NCBI GenBank assembly: GCA_965219445.1
Contig: CBDCNQ010000005.1
Location: forward strand, 1,536,001 to 1,600,000
Direction: 5' to 3'
Source of the DNA: Longimicrobiales bacterium
GTDB lineage: Bacteria; Gemmatimonadota; Gemmatimonadetes; Longimicrobiales; Gaopeijiaceae
DNA: 64,000 bases
Shown here: positions 10,709 through 21,154 of the stretch, one piece after another
Layout of the letters: every line of letters starts with the position of its first letter
How positions within the stretch are numbered: position 1 is the stretch's first letter
Notes under the pieces: generated by a model
Told to the model about the DNA's origin: nothing
The model's input: the letters and a program-made list of their open reading frames with translations, nothing else
Database searches by the model: none
Position numbers and translations under genes: made by a program

Positions 10709-12148
10709 CTACAGCTCCCTTGAACGAATCACGACCAGCTTCCTGATCTGCATGTCCTCCATCGTATATGGGATTCCCCCCACCCCGAGACCCGACTCTC
10801 TCAGACCGGCGAACGGCATCCAATCCACACGGAAAGCGGGGTGATCGTTCACCATCACGGCGGAGGCGTCGAGCCGACGGGAGGCCCGTAGGGCCGTATC
10901 GAGATCGCTCGTGAACACCGACGCCTGGAACGCATACGGAAGGGAGTTCGATCGGGCGAGCGCGTCATCGATGTCGTCGTATGGATAGACACATACCACG
11001 GGGCCGAATATCTCCAACGTGGAGACCTGAACGTTGCCGGGTGGGTCGTACAGGACGGTGGGCGTGTAGCAGGTTGCGGAGGGGGCTCCGCCGCCGGCGA
11101 GCAACTCGCCACCCTGATCGACCGCCTCCCTCACCCACTCTTCTACGCGCTCCACTTCGGCGGGACGGATGAGGGGCCCCACTTCGGTGTCCGGGGAGGT
11201 CGGATCGCCCACATTAAGGGCAGTCGCCGCTTGGGCAAGGCGCTCGGCTACATCACGAGCGATGCTTCGGTGGGCAAAGACGCGCTGAACCGAGACGCAG
11301 ACCTGGCCGGCGTGATAGAATCCCCCCTTGCTGATCAGCGGGAGCACCTGGTCGAGATCGGCGTCTTCGGCCACAAGAACAGGCGCCGCGCCTCCGTGTT
11401 CCAAGGCACAGCGAGTGCCGGGAGCGAGCTTGGAGCGCAACATCCAACCTACACGAGCGCTTCCAACGAAGCTGAAGAAACCCACCCTTCGATCCGTGGC
11501 CAGCGATCCGGCAACATCCAGATCAGTGGTCATGAGGCCCTGGCACCACTCTTCCGGGAGACCGGCCTCGCGGAGAATTGCGACGAAACGCATCCCTGAT
11601 AGGGGCGTGGCCTCTGCTGGTTTGACGATGCACGGACACCCGGTTGCGACGGCGGGCCCGACCTGGTGAACGATCAGGTTCAGCGGATGGTTGAAGGCGC
11701 TGAAGGCGACGACCACGCCTATGGGCTCGTGCTGGGTGAACGCCAAGCGGTTGGCCGACGCGGCATTGAGCCTCATCGGGATCTCGTTGCCGTGCTGAGT
11801 GCGCAGGAATTCTACACACTCATGCACGCCGTCGACGGCGCGATCGACCTCGACGAGCGAGTCCATCAAAGGTTTTCCACCCTCTCGGGCGGCTTCGACC
11901 GCGAGCTCCTCTCGTCGCTCCTGCATGAGGGCAGCCGCGCCCCGCAGGACCTCGATCCGATAGGCCGCGCTGAGCCAGGCGTCCTTGTCACGGAAGAGTC
12001 GGTAGGCCGTGTCCAGCGCCTTTTCCGCGACCTGCGGTCCTCCGCGCTCGACGGTAGCGATCAGGCTCCGATCGTAGGGCGCATGGACGTCCATGGGCTC
12101 GCCGTCCGGCGTTGCGCCGGGCACCATGAGTGGGAACCGCTCGGGCAT
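10709..12148 (-). CDS. Aldehyde dehydrogenase family protein
   Basis: FNHPLN, VKPAE, FVGS, LEHGG, GQVCVS (catalytic Cys), EIFGPV. Start taken at MPERFPL. Confidence 0.9.
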   Translation of the reverse strand: MPERFPLMVPGATPDGEPMDVHAPYDRSLIATVERGGPQVAEKALDTAYRLFRDKDAWLSAAYRIEVLRGAAALMQERREELAVEAAREGGKPLMDSLVEVDRAVDGVHECVEFLRTQHGNEIPMRLNAASANRLAFTQHEPIGVVVAFSAFNHPLNLIVHQVGPAVATGCPCIVKPAEATPLSGMRFVAILREAGLPEEWCQGLMTTDLDVAGSLATDRRVGFFSFVGSARVGWMLRSKLAPGTRCALEHGGAAPVLVAEDADLDQVLPLISKGGFYHAGQVCVSVQRVFAHRSIARDVAERLAQAATALNVGDPTSPDTEVGPLIRPAEVERVEEWVREAVDQGGELLAGGGAPSATCYTPTVLYDPPGNVQVSTLEIFGPVVCVYPYDDIDDALARSNSLPYAFQASVFTSDLDTALRASRRLDASAVMVNDHPAFRVDWMPFAGLRESGLGVGGIPYTMEDMQIRKLVVIRSREL

Positions 12149-12471
12149 GCTTCTTTCTCCGGCTATTCGGCTGCCCTCGCGAGGCAAACCACCCCTCCGT
12201 CCGTCAGGCTGCTCCTCATCCTGATGAAGTAGGGGCCCGTGCAGGATTCTAAGCTTCGCGGTCGACCGGGGCATCCCCCCCATGGAATTATGGGTGAGAG
12301 GGCTCCCGGGAAGGCCTGGCCCATGAAGTGATGCCATGTGGCTCTGTCACGTCAGCGAATCCTTGCCCGGTGGCGAGTGTAATAATTCCCACCCTTCGAG
12401 CACTCACGGGAGAGTAGCAGGACGTCCCCGCCGCCCATGAACCAGCGGCTAATCATGCCTCTTTTGAGAAG

Positions 12472-12909
12472 ATGACTCCAATGACAAAGCGCACTATTTA
12501 TACGGCCGTGCTGGCTCTCCTAGTCGGAAGTTCGACGGCAGTGGCATTAGAGGGACAGACTCGGGAAGAGGGCGCCCCAGCTGTCCAGAACGAACATATT
12601 GATGACCGATCCAGGGAGCTCGTCACAGTCGACGTGAGCAACAACAGCTTTTCGGATATGCGGATCTATGTTGTGGAAACCACGCTGGGCCGGCGCTCGC
12701 GGCGCCTTGGTTACGTCACGGCGTTGACCAAGGCCCGCTTCGAGATTCCCGACTTCCTCGGGGCGGAGCTGGGCTACGTGGTTCTTGTAGCGGTGGCCCT
12801 CGGTTCGGGCGAAGCACAGTCCACCGGAAATCTTCCGACGTGGCCGGGAGCCTTGGTGGATTGGCGTATCGCTTCCACACGGGACCAATCGTTCGCGGCG
12901 ACTTACTAG
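12472..12909 (+). CDS. Hypothetical exported protein
   Basis: Signal peptide (KRTIYTAVLALLVGSSTAVA) followed by a small beta-rich domain. Confidence 0.6.
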   Translation: MTPMTKRTIYTAVLALLVGSSTAVALEGQTREEGAPAVQNEHIDDRSRELVTVDVSNNSFSDMRIYVVETTLGRRSRRLGYVTALTKARFEIPDFLGAELGYVVLVAVALGSGEAQSTGNLPTWPGALVDWRIASTRDQSFAATY

Positions 12910-12961
12910 GCTGAAGAAATGCCCCCTTCGCCCACTCACTGGCAAGTGACGGAATCCGGTT

Positions 12962-13069
12962 CATGATCTCGCTGCCGCCGCTGCTGCGGCCATGCTCCCC
13001 AGCTTGGTCGGTCACCTGGTGTACGGCGGTGTGCTCGGCCTGGCTTACGCCTGGCTCCGTCACCGCGAT
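12962..13069 (+). pseudogene. C-terminal relic of a membrane protein
   Basis: AAAAAAAMLPSLVGHLVYGGVLGLAYAWL resembles the SLxGHLxYGxxLG terminal helix of small membrane proteins; no N-terminal part is present. Confidence 0.4.
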
Positions 13070-13080
13070 GTCGGCTCGGT

Positions 13081-13926
13081 ATGGCGGCGAACACATTCGC
13101 GCTCGAGTCGGTCGCCGACCTCGCGTCGGCGATGGCCGACGAGGGAACGTTTGATATCCGTCTCGAGGCAGCCGTCGCCAAGCTCTACAACTCGGAGGTG
13201 TTCTGGCAACTTGCGGACGACACGCTACAGATCCGTGGCGGCCGAGGATACGAGACGTCCGAATCCCTCCGCGCCCGGGGTGAGAAGCCTATTCCCGTGG
13301 AGCGAATGCTTCGCGACGCGCGCATCAATCGCATCTTCGAGGGAACGACCGAGATCATGCACCTCTTCATCGCCCGTGAAGCGGTGGACACGCATCTCTC
13401 GGTCGCGGGTGATCTGATCGATCCGAGGGCTTCGTTTGCGAAAAAGCTCAAGGCGCTCCTGCGTGCCGCGGCGTACTACAGCTGGTGGTACCCTACGCGC
13501 TGGATCGGTTGGGGTCTCTGGCCGCAATACGGCGAGTTTGGGAAGCTCGCCAAGCACATGCGCTACGTGAACCGCGCGTCCCGCCGCCTCGCCCGCACGT
13601 TGTTTCATGCGATGATGCGGTTCGGTCCCAAGCTTGAAAAGCGGCAGGCAGTACTGGCCCGTTTGGTGGATATCGGTGCTGAGCTGTTTGCGATTGCTGC
13701 GACCAACGCCCGTGCCGTGGCAGTGGTGAAGGCCGATGCGTCGAACACCGGGCCGATCGCTGCGGCTGACCTGTTCAGCCGTCAGAGCCGGCGCCGCATC
13801 GAGGCGCTGTTCAGCCAGGTCTTCAGGAACGACGACGTGGCCACCTATCGCTTCGCCCAGGATGTGTTGCAGGGCGAGCACCACTGGATTGAGGAGGGGC
13901 TTCCCGTGGATCTCTCAGGAACTTAA
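13081..13926 (+). pseudogene. Acyl-CoA dehydrogenase, C-terminal half only
   Basis: EAAVAKL, LQIRGGRGY and RDARINRIFEGTTEI are present; N-terminal and middle domains are absent upstream. Confidence 0.8.
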
Positions 13927-14065
13927 AGATGCCCTCCCAGCGCCTAACCTAAAGTGCCCACAACACGGAGCATAACAGAACGGTTCTCGAGGCCTGCCAC
14001 AGCGCGGGTCCCAAGCATGACGTGGCGAGATAGATTGATTGGGTCGCAGAACAGGAGTGAAAGCT

Positions 14066-15151
14066 ATGTGGCCTGATCGCAGGCTGCTCGATCTAATCGG
14101 TATTGACTTACCGATCATTCAGGCGCCGCTGGCGGGGGCGAACGGGTCGGCGATGGCGATTGCAGCCAGCGAGGCGGGTGGACTCGGGTCGCTGCCTTGT
14201 GCCATGCTCGACCCAGCCAAAGCGCGGGCAGAGATCAGGGTCATACGGCAACGCACGACCAAGCCCTTGAACGTCAACTTCTTGTGTCATTCACCGCCCC
14301 AACCGGACCTCGGCCGCGATGCGGCATGGAAGGAGCGGCTGGCAGCGTACTATAACGAGCTTGGTCTGGACGCCTCCGCCTCCGCCCCTGCCGTCAATCG
14401 CGCCCCTTTTGACGAGGCAATGTGCGAAATCGTCGAAGAACACGAACCGGAAGTTGTGAGCTTTCATTTCGGGCTACCCGAACAGGCGCTCCTTAGCCGC
14501 GTGAAGGCGTCCGGCTGTCTGGTACTCAGCTCTGCGACCACTGTGGAAGAAGCGCGGTGGCTCGAAGACCATGGTTGCGATGCGATTATTGCTCAAGGGT
14601 ACGAGGCGGGCGGTCATCGTGGGATGTTTCTGACGGACGATATCGCGACGCAGCCGGGAACTTTCGCCCTGGTGCCGCAGGTCGTCGATACGGTCAAGGT
14701 GCCGGTGATCGCCGCAGGCGGGATCGCGGATGGGCGGGGTATTGCAGCGGCTTTCGTTCTTGGTGCGGCAGGCGCTCAAATCGGCACCGCTTACCTTTTC
14801 ACGCCGGAGTCGTTGATCACGGATCTATACCGCGCTGCACTACGCACCGCGCGTGACGATCAAACTGCATTGACCAACGTGTTTTCCGGCAGACCGTCGC
14901 GGGGGCTGATGAATCGAGTCATGCGGGAGGTCGGGCCGATGTCGGACCGGGCGCCAGCGTACCCGACAGCTGGCAGGGCCCTGGCGCCGCTGAAAGCAAG
15001 AGCGGAGGCGGCAGGGTCCAGCGATTTCTCTTTGCTGTGGTCGGGACAGGCGGCAAGTCTCGGCCGCGAAATCGGCGCCGGCGATCTGACCCGGCAACTA
15101 GCCGCGGATGCGGAGCAGCGTCTCAAAGCGATGGCGTCGACAGCGCTTTAG
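14066..15151 (+). CDS. Nitronate monooxygenase family flavoprotein
   Basis: PIIQAP, VSFHFG, AQGYEAGGHRG, IAAGGIADG, LWSGQ; AGGAG RBS. Confidence 0.9.
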   Translation: MWPDRRLLDLIGIDLPIIQAPLAGANGSAMAIAASEAGGLGSLPCAMLDPAKARAEIRVIRQRTTKPLNVNFLCHSPPQPDLGRDAAWKERLAAYYNELGLDASASAPAVNRAPFDEAMCEIVEEHEPEVVSFHFGLPEQALLSRVKASGCLVLSSATTVEEARWLEDHGCDAIIAQGYEAGGHRGMFLTDDIATQPGTFALVPQVVDTVKVPVIAAGGIADGRGIAAAFVLGAAGAQIGTAYLFTPESLITDLYRAALRTARDDQTALTNVFSGRPSRGLMNRVMREVGPMSDRAPAYPTAGRALAPLKARAEAAGSSDFSLLWSGQAASLGREIGAGDLTRQLAADAEQRLKAMASTAL

Positions 15152-15230
15152 GCCATCTATCTGCTACAATGACGAATGCAGCTCCAACCCACGAGGCCCT
15201 CGGCGTGGCCCTCCTTGGCAGGCCGGACGA

Positions 15231-15872
15231 TTAGCCGACCTTCTCGAAAGGCTTACAGTCAGCACTGCTAAGCTGGCTCGGAAATGGCTCGGGGCAACGA
15301 TTCCAGTGCAGTAGTTTGGCTACGCCCTTCCCCAGCCCTTCGACTGATGCCCGTCTCTTTTCATCAACAAGGTTTCCATCGGGTCCAAACGCCTCATGAG
15401 CTTCCCCAATGGCCACCTGATCCGGAATGACGAGCACGCCGATGTTCGAGAGGATGGATCGTAGGTGAACCAGGCCCCGGAGACCGCCCAACCTTCCCGG
15501 AGAGGCACTCATGATTGCAGCGACTTTCCCTTCATAAGCGGTTAACGCCTTTTCACCATTGCCTGGTCTGGACACCCAGTCGATGGTGTTCTTCAGCAAG
15601 GGAGTGATTGAGCTGTTGTATTCAGGCGCAGCGATCAAAAGGCCGTCGTGTTTGAGCATGATCTCCTTCAACTCGCGAGCATTATCCGGCAGCCCTTCCG
15701 CCGCTTCGAGGTCTTGGTCGAACAAGGGCAGTGGATAATCACGAAGATCGACCAAAGTCACCTCGGCTCCAGCGCTGCGAACTCCCTCCGCGGCCACCTT
15801 CACTAGCTTGCTGTTATAGGAATCAACGCGGGCACTGCCAGGAAAAGCGAGAACACGTGGTGTGCGATCCAT
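15231..15872 (-). CDS. NADPH-dependent FMN reductase
   Basis: GSARVDSYN, APEYNSS..LKN.IDWVSR, SPGRLGGLR. Confidence 0.9.
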   Translation of the reverse strand: MDRTPRVLAFPGSARVDSYNSKLVKVAAEGVRSAGAEVTLVDLRDYPLPLFDQDLEAAEGLPDNARELKEIMLKHDGLLIAAPEYNSSITPLLKNTIDWVSRPGNGEKALTAYEGKVAAIMSASPGRLGGLRGLVHLRSILSNIGVLVIPDQVAIGEAHEAFGPDGNLVDEKRRASVEGLGKGVAKLLHWNRCPEPFPSQLSSADCKPFEKVG

Positions 15873-15992
15873 TGGGTCCTCTCCAGTTTTGACTGTTAAC
15901 CATCATCGCCGCCGTAGGGATAAGAAAACGGAAAACGCTCGTTTCATTTCACATTTCTTATCACCGGGACTAGGGCTGCCGCCCCACAAGGG

Positions 15993-16667
15993 TCAGGAGA
16001 TGTCGCGGCGGGTCAGCTCGATGTTCAGGTCGCCTCGGATATAGATCTCGATGAACTCGGGCAGCCACACGTCGTTCGCCATGAGTGTGAACCGCTCGAC
16101 CAACCTATGCTCGGGCCTGTCGGTGAGGTGAACGATACGCCACCTGTTCAATGGTCGTGATTCGTCGCCGCCAACCGAGTGCTCGACGTGAAACAGAGGC
16201 TGTCTCTCGCCGGCGCGAAGAAGGTTCCCGTCGCGACTGGGAAGTTCCGCTGCTCCGATGAAAGTAACCATCTGCTGCGTAGGGTTGAGGCAGACCGGTT
16301 CAAGGACCAGCCCATATTCCGTGGGCTCGAGCCAAAGGCGCTGCTGCGATGACCGTACGAAGGATTCGGTTCCCTCAATCGCCGAACGCCGGCCCCAAGC
16401 GTGGGCACTCCGCTCCCTTACAACGGAGGGGATGTAGCGATCGGGCCTCCATGCCTTTCGCACCTCCATGTCCCACAGCATGGTGCGGGTGAACGTGAGC
16501 GGTTCGCTCGTGCGGTAGTGCTCGGCGAGCACCCGATTGACGTCGACCGGAGGCAGCTCGAGTCGCGTGTTGCTGGGATCGGCCCAGGCCCGCTGAAACT
16601 CGGCTTCATGATTAGGCAGTAGCAAACCTGGGTCCTGCGTTCTGTGGTGGATGATTGACGTGTTCAC
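15993..16667 (-). CDS. Hypothetical protein, possibly remote SRPBCC/DUF1857 (AtaL-like)
   Basis: VN...LTFTRTMLWDMEVRKAWRPDRYIP resembles the DUF1857 N-terminus. GTG start at 16667 has AAGGA upstream; the ORF-track start lies inside an operator palindrome. Confidence 0.55.
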   Translation of the reverse strand: MNTSIIHHRTQDPGLLLPNHEAEFQRAWADPSNTRLELPPVDVNRVLAEHYRTSEPLTFTRTMLWDMEVRKAWRPDRYIPSVVRERSAHAWGRRSAIEGTESFVRSSQQRLWLEPTEYGLVLEPVCLNPTQQMVTFIGAAELPSRDGNLLRAGERQPLFHVEHSVGGDESRPLNRWRIVHLTDRPEHRLVERFTLMANDVWLPEFIEIYIRGDLNIELTRRDIS

Positions 16668-16690
16668 GATTTGTTGTCCTTTCCGTTTAC

Positions 16691-16716
16691 CCAGTATCTG
16701 TGGCAACAGATACTGG
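16691..16716. promoter_or_regulatory. Palindromic operator (putative MarR site), copy 2
   Basis: CCAGTATCTGT-ggca-ACAGATACTGG, a perfect 11-bp inverted repeat with the same core as 17220-17237. Confidence 0.7.
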
Positions 16717-16728
16717 TCTGAAAAAAAA

Positions 16729-17196
16729 CTACTTCTTTTCCGTTTGTGCCTCCTCCAACAGCTCGCTCAACAATCGGAGCTTACGAACACCAAGGCGACC
16801 CAGCTGCTTCCGATGTAACATCATGACAGGTCGATCCAGCTTGTCCACGAGCTTCCTTCCTGTGGTTGTCAGGTTAACCCAAACAACCCGCCGGTCGGCT
16901 TCGCAACGAGTCCGCTCAACCAACTCTGCTCGAACCAATCGGTCAAAGAGTCGCGTGATGTCCGGCTCCCGTGTCAACATTCGCTCTGCGACCCGATAAA
17001 CCTGAAGAGGTTTGGCGTTTCCACGGAGAATTCTAAGGGCATTGTACTGCGGTTCGGAGAGACCGAGCTCTTTGAACAACACCTTGAACTCAAAGAGTAA
17101 GGCCTCGTGGGTGCAAAAAAGAGTCAGATAGACTTCTTGCGCGAGCTTTTCCAAACTTAGGTGGTGCTTCCCGCGACGTTGTTTTTCCGTCTTCAT
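16729..17196 (-). CDS. MarR family transcriptional regulator
   Basis: LSEPQYNALRIL, PDITRLFDRL, DRRVVWVNLT..G. Confidence 0.9.
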   Translation of the reverse strand: MKTEKQRRGKHHLSLEKLAQEVYLTLFCTHEALLFEFKVLFKELGLSEPQYNALRILRGNAKPLQVYRVAERMLTREPDITRLFDRLVRAELVERTRCEADRRVVWVNLTTTGRKLVDKLDRPVMMLHRKQLGRLGVRKLRLLSELLEEAQTEKK

Positions 17197-17202
17197 GGAG
17201 AC

Positions 17203-17237
17203 ACTATACCGCTCAACATTATCTGTGTCAACAGATA
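17203..17237 (-). promoter_or_regulatory. sigma70 promoter of marR overlapped by operator
   Basis: Minus strand TTGACA (17231-17226), 17-nt spacer, TATAGT (17208-17203). Palindrome TATCTGT-gtca-ACAGATA at 17220-17237 covers the -35 box. Confidence 0.8.
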
Positions 17238-17326
17238 TTTATCAGGCTTTTCATGCCTCGGGGCTCCTGGTGCCGGATGTCGGCCATGTGATCTCCCTCC
17301 TTTCATGTGTTCGTTCGTGGGGGAGG

Positions 17327-18330
17327 CTAAGCCCACGGCAGGAGCACCACGCTGCCGGTGACCTCGTTATCAGCGATCAACCGATGTGCCTCTGCCGCCT
17401 CGCTCAACGGAAGCGCACGGTCGAGGATCGGTTTGATGTGGCCGGCGGCGACCAACTCGAGACCGTACTCCAGATCTTCCTTGTCGCTCGCCATCGAGCC
17501 GAGCAGCCGCTTCTGCGTGAAGAACACGCTCCTCACATCGAAGGTCGTCTCTGTACCGGCCGTGAACCCGTAGACCACGATGGTGCCCAGGGGACGCGCC
17601 GCTTCGATGCTCTTCGGCAGCACGACGCCACCCAAGCTGTCGATCACGACGTCGACCCCCTGACCATCCGTCCACTCCTTGACGCGGGCGACGAAGTCGT
17701 CGGTGCTCGTGTCGATCACGAAATCGGCACCGAGCGACCTCGCGAAGTCCGCGTCTTCCTGACTCCGCACCGTTGTCGCAACCCTTGCACCCAGTGCCTT
17801 GGCGACCTGTACCTGCATGCTTCCAGCGCCACCCGAGCCGGCGTGGACCAGCACCGTGTCGCCCGACTTCACGCCGCCTACCGTCTTTACTGACCGCACT
17901 GCGGTTGCCAAGACCATGGGCAATGTTGCCACGAGCTCCGGCGATAGCCCGGTCTGGTCTTTTACCGTGAACTCGGCCGGAAACTCGACGTACTGAGCGT
18001 ACGTGCCCGGCCGCCCGAGCCCGGGGAGCGTGAAGCTGGCGGCCGTCCCGGCCGGCCGGATGCCCCACTCGTCCTCGTCGAGCGGGTACCCAGGCACCGG
18101 AATGACGGCGTCGCCGATCTCGAAGCCAGTGACGCCGGCACCGATGGCTGCCACTTCACCGGCGGCATCGGTGCCCAGGATGTGTGGCCATGGAAGCTCA
18201 GGGGCGATCTCGCCCTGGCGGATGTAGTGATCGAACCGATTCAGGCCGGCAGCGTTCACCTTGATGAGCAGATGACCAGGCTGCGGCTCCGCGACCGGGA
18301 CTTCAGTGGGCTCGAGCACGTCGGGTCCGC
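17327..18330 (-). pseudogene. Zinc-binding dehydrogenase/quinone oxidoreductase (MDR), 5'-truncated
   Basis: PHILGTDAAG and VLVHAGSGGAG. The frame begins abruptly at ..GPDVLEP shortly after an in-frame TAG and lacks the usual MKA...G first strand. Confidence 0.7.
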
Positions 18331-18342
18331 GTGATATCTACG

Positions 18343-18437
18343 TAAGACGTTGTCGGTAAATACGTTAGCGATTTCAGAGGTATCACGAAATGTCGTGATA
18401 CCACGAACTATCGTTGCCCTCGGCACGATTTATCGTG
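18343..18437. promoter_or_regulatory. Putative sigma54 enhancer (three ACGA-N4-TCGT sites) plus IHF-like site
   Basis: ACGA-N4-TCGT at 18385-18396, 18403-18414 and 18425-18436; the first lies in the perfect IR GGTATCACGA-aatg-TCGTGATACC. CAA-N4-TTA on the minus strand near 18343-18352. Confidence 0.55.
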
Positions 18438-18464
18438 ATTTTTGTTGCAAAGCCACCCAGGTCT

Positions 18465-19549
18465 CTAGTGCTGTGTAGCCAAAGTCTCTTTCGCTTTGCT
18501 GACCTTGGCGATGATGGATTGTGCAGAGGCGGTCCAGACAAAGGGTGTGGGGTTATCGTTTCTGCGATCGATGTAGTGGTTGATCGCCTCGATTAGTTGG
18601 TCCACGCTGGTGACGGCGAGGCGCTTGAGCTGACGAGTCGTGAGTTCGCTGAAGAAGCGCTCGACGAGATTGAGCCAAGAGGATGAAGTGGGAATGAAGT
18701 GGAAGTGGACCCGAGGGTGTTTGTCGAGCCACGCCCTGACGGCCGGATGCTTGTGGGTGGCGTAGTTGTCGAGAATCACGTGGATGTCGAGTTCGGAAGC
18801 CACGCTGCGCTCGATCTTGCGGAGGAACCGCAGAAACTCCTGATGCCGGTGGCGCGGCAAGCACTCGTGGACGACCTCCCCGGTGGCTACGTCGAGGGCA
18901 GCAAAGAGTGTCGTCGTGCCGTGACGTTTGTAGTCATGGGTCATGGTTCCAGCGCGCCCCTTCTTGAGGGGAAGACCTGGCTGGGTGCGGTCGAGGGCTT
19001 GGATCTGGCTCTTCTCGTCGAAAGCGAAGACAACGGCCCGCTCCGGGGGATCGACGTAGAGACCCACCACGTCGCGCAACTTTTCAACGAAGTGAGGATC
19101 AGTGGACAGCTTGAAGTACTCGATGCGGTGGGGCTGTAGTCCATGAGCCCGCCAGATCCGCGAGATGGTGGTCGGATGGACGCCCACTTCCTTGGCCATG
19201 AGACGGCAACTCCAGTGCGTGGCGTCTGCGGGCTTCTCCTCGAGGGTCTTGCGGACGATCTCCGCTTCGTCGTCCGGAGTGATCTTGCGGGGTCGACCCG
19301 AGCGTGGTCGGTCCTCGAGCAGCTCTTCAACGCCACCTGCCTCGTACCGGTCGAGCCACTGCGTGACCGTCGGCCTCGATACGCCCACACCTCCCGGCAG
19401 ATCGCCGACCACGACCGTCCCTCGGCAGAGCAGAGAACGATGTTGGCCCTTTCGACCACGCGTTGCGGTGTGGTCCGTTTGTTCACCAATCGCTCCAAGC
19501 GCCTGCGTTCTCCTCGGCGCAACCGAATCCTACGCACTGGAAGTCCCAT
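18465..19549 (-). pseudogene. IS630 transposase, frameshifted near 19388
   Basis: N-terminus (ERANIVL..AEG) is in one frame; VSRPTV..W..RY, FDEKS, LDNYATHK and WLNLVERFF (DDE) are in another. Extra GT in GAGGTGTGGGC. Confidence 0.85.
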
Positions 19550-19606
19550 GCGAGGAATCTACCGCATGTATCTATTAGGCATAAGATTTCTGCTACACTA
19601 CACTTA
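18466..19606 (-). mobile_element. IS630 family insertion sequence
   Basis: Imperfect terminal IRs (GTGCTGTGTAGCCAAAGTCT vs GTGTAGTGTAGCAGAAATCT). TA at 18466-67 and 19605-06 reconstructs a CTAG target. Confidence 0.9.
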
Positions 19607-19615
19607 GGAGGTTGC

Positions 19616-21082
19616 ATGCCCAGAGAAAGTCTAACCCCGGATCTGATCAACGAGCTCGAGCAGTACCGGCGGATACTCAACAACATCCCGGCGGAGATCG
19701 GCGTTCTCGACACCGATGGGCGTTACCTATTCAACACACCGTCCGGAATTCGGGACCCCGGGGTTCGAGAGTGGATGCTCGGCAAGACGAACCACGAGTG
19801 GGTGCGGGAGCGCGGTCATCCGATCGAGATCGCGGACAAGCGACAGACGGCCGTCGATCACTGCGTGACTCAAAAGGAGTCGGTGACGTTCGAGGAGATC
19901 TGGACCGACAAACAGGGGCGCCGCCTCTACTACGTTCGGACGTTCAGTCCCGTCGAAGACGAAGCCGGGGCGGTAACGCACGTTCTCGGATACGGCCAGC
20001 AGATCACACAGCTCAAGAAAGCCGAGGAGGAGCTAAGGACCGCACTGGCCGAGGTCGAGGCGCTCAAAGACCGACTCCACCACGAGAATCAGTATCTCCG
20101 TGAGGAACTCCAGGCGGAGTACAACTTCGAGGAGATGGTGGGCGAGTCCGCGGCAATGGCGAACGTGCGTGCCGCGATTGAGACCGTGGCGCCGACGGAC
20201 GCCAATGTGGTAATCAGCGGGGAAACGGGGACCGGCAAGGAAGTGGTTACGCGGGCGATCCACGCGCTCAGCAGCCGGCGTGATCAGCCGCTCATCAAGG
20301 TGAACTGCGCGTCCATCCCGCGCGAGTTGTTCGAGAGTGAGTTCTTCGGTCACGTGAAAGGTGCCTTCACCGGAGCGATCAAGGATCGTGTCGGCCGCTT
20401 CCAACTCGCCGACGAGGGGACGCTGTTCCTCGACGAGATCGGCGAGATCCCGCTCGAGATACAGGGCAAGCTACTCCGCGTTCTCCAAGAAGGTGAGTTC
20501 GAGCGGGTCGGTGAGGCCAAGACACGCAGGGCCGATGTCCGGATCATCGCCGCCACCAATCGAAATCTCAAAGAGGAGGTCGAGGGTGGCCGCTTCCGCC
20601 AGGACCTCTACTATCGACTCAATGTCTTCCCCATCGAGGTGCCGCCTCTTCGCCATCGCGGCGAGGACACCGCGCTCCTCGCGACTCATTACCTCGGACG
20701 AGCCGTGCGGAAGCTCAGTCGAGGGCCGCGGTCGCTCACCCCCACGGAGGCCTCGCAGCTTCTGTCCTACGATTGGCCCGGAAATGTACGGGAGTTGCAG
20801 AACGTGATCGAGCGGGCTGTAATCACAAATCGTGGCGGCCCGCTCAGCTTCGATCTTCGCTCGTCTGAAGGAAGTGGGCCCGCTACGTCCGGGACCGTAA
20901 CGGACGCCGAGGTCGGCGTGGTTTCCGAAGCGGAGATGCGACGCCGGGATCGCGACAACTTGCTGAGCGCCCTTGAGCAGACCGACTGGCGGGTCTACGG
21001 ACCTGCGGGTGCCGCAGCGCTACTCGGGGTCAAGGCCACCACGCTGGCGTCGCGGATCAAGAAACTCGACCTTGGCCGATGA
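19616..21082 (+). CDS. PAS-domain sigma54-dependent transcriptional activator (FhlA/HyfR-like)
   Basis: [31 protein letters not shown]-terminal Fis-type HTH; AGGAGG RBS. Confidence 0.95.
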   Translation: MPRESLTPDLINELEQYRRILNNIPAEIGVLDTDGRYLFNTPSGIRDPGVREWMLGKTNHEWVRERGHPIEIADKRQTAVDHCVTQKESVTFEEIWTDKQGRRLYYVRTFSPVEDEAGAVTHVLGYGQQITQLKKAEEELRTALAEVEALKDRLHHENQYLREELQAEYNFEEMVGESAAMANVRAAIETVAPTDANVVISGETGTGKEVVTRAIHALSSRRDQPLIKVNCASIPRELFESEFFGHVKGAFTGAIKDRVGRFQLADEGTLFLDEIGEIPLEIQGKLLRVLQEGEFERVGEAKTRRADVRIIAATNRNLKEEVEGGRFRQDLYYRLNVFPIEVPPLRHRGEDTALLATHYLGRAVRKLSRGPRSLTPTEASQLLSYDWPGNVRELQNVIERAVITNRGGPLSFDLRSSEGSGPATSGTVTDAEVGVVSEAEMRRRDRDNLLSALEQTDWRVYGPAGAAALLGVKATTLASRIKKLDLGR

Positions 21083-21154
21083 TGAGGGCTGACACCTTTG
21101 CTTTGCCGCCAGCCGTCGAGTATCGTGAAAACCCACGCCCCGGGAGCCTCAGCT

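Noticed and set aside
15919..15962. 9-bp inverted repeat GATAAGAAA...TTTCTTATC upstream of the FMN reductase
   Set aside because: Single occurrence with a long spacer and no match to the MarR motif; no function can be supported.
18421..18436. sigma54 -24/-12 box at CGGCACGATTTATCG
   Set aside because: The -12 position reads CG rather than GC; better explained as the third enhancer palindrome.
19384..19394. Programmed ribosomal frameshift in the IS630 transposase
   Set aside because: No A-rich slippery run; the shift is early in the HTH and is explained by a GT duplication.
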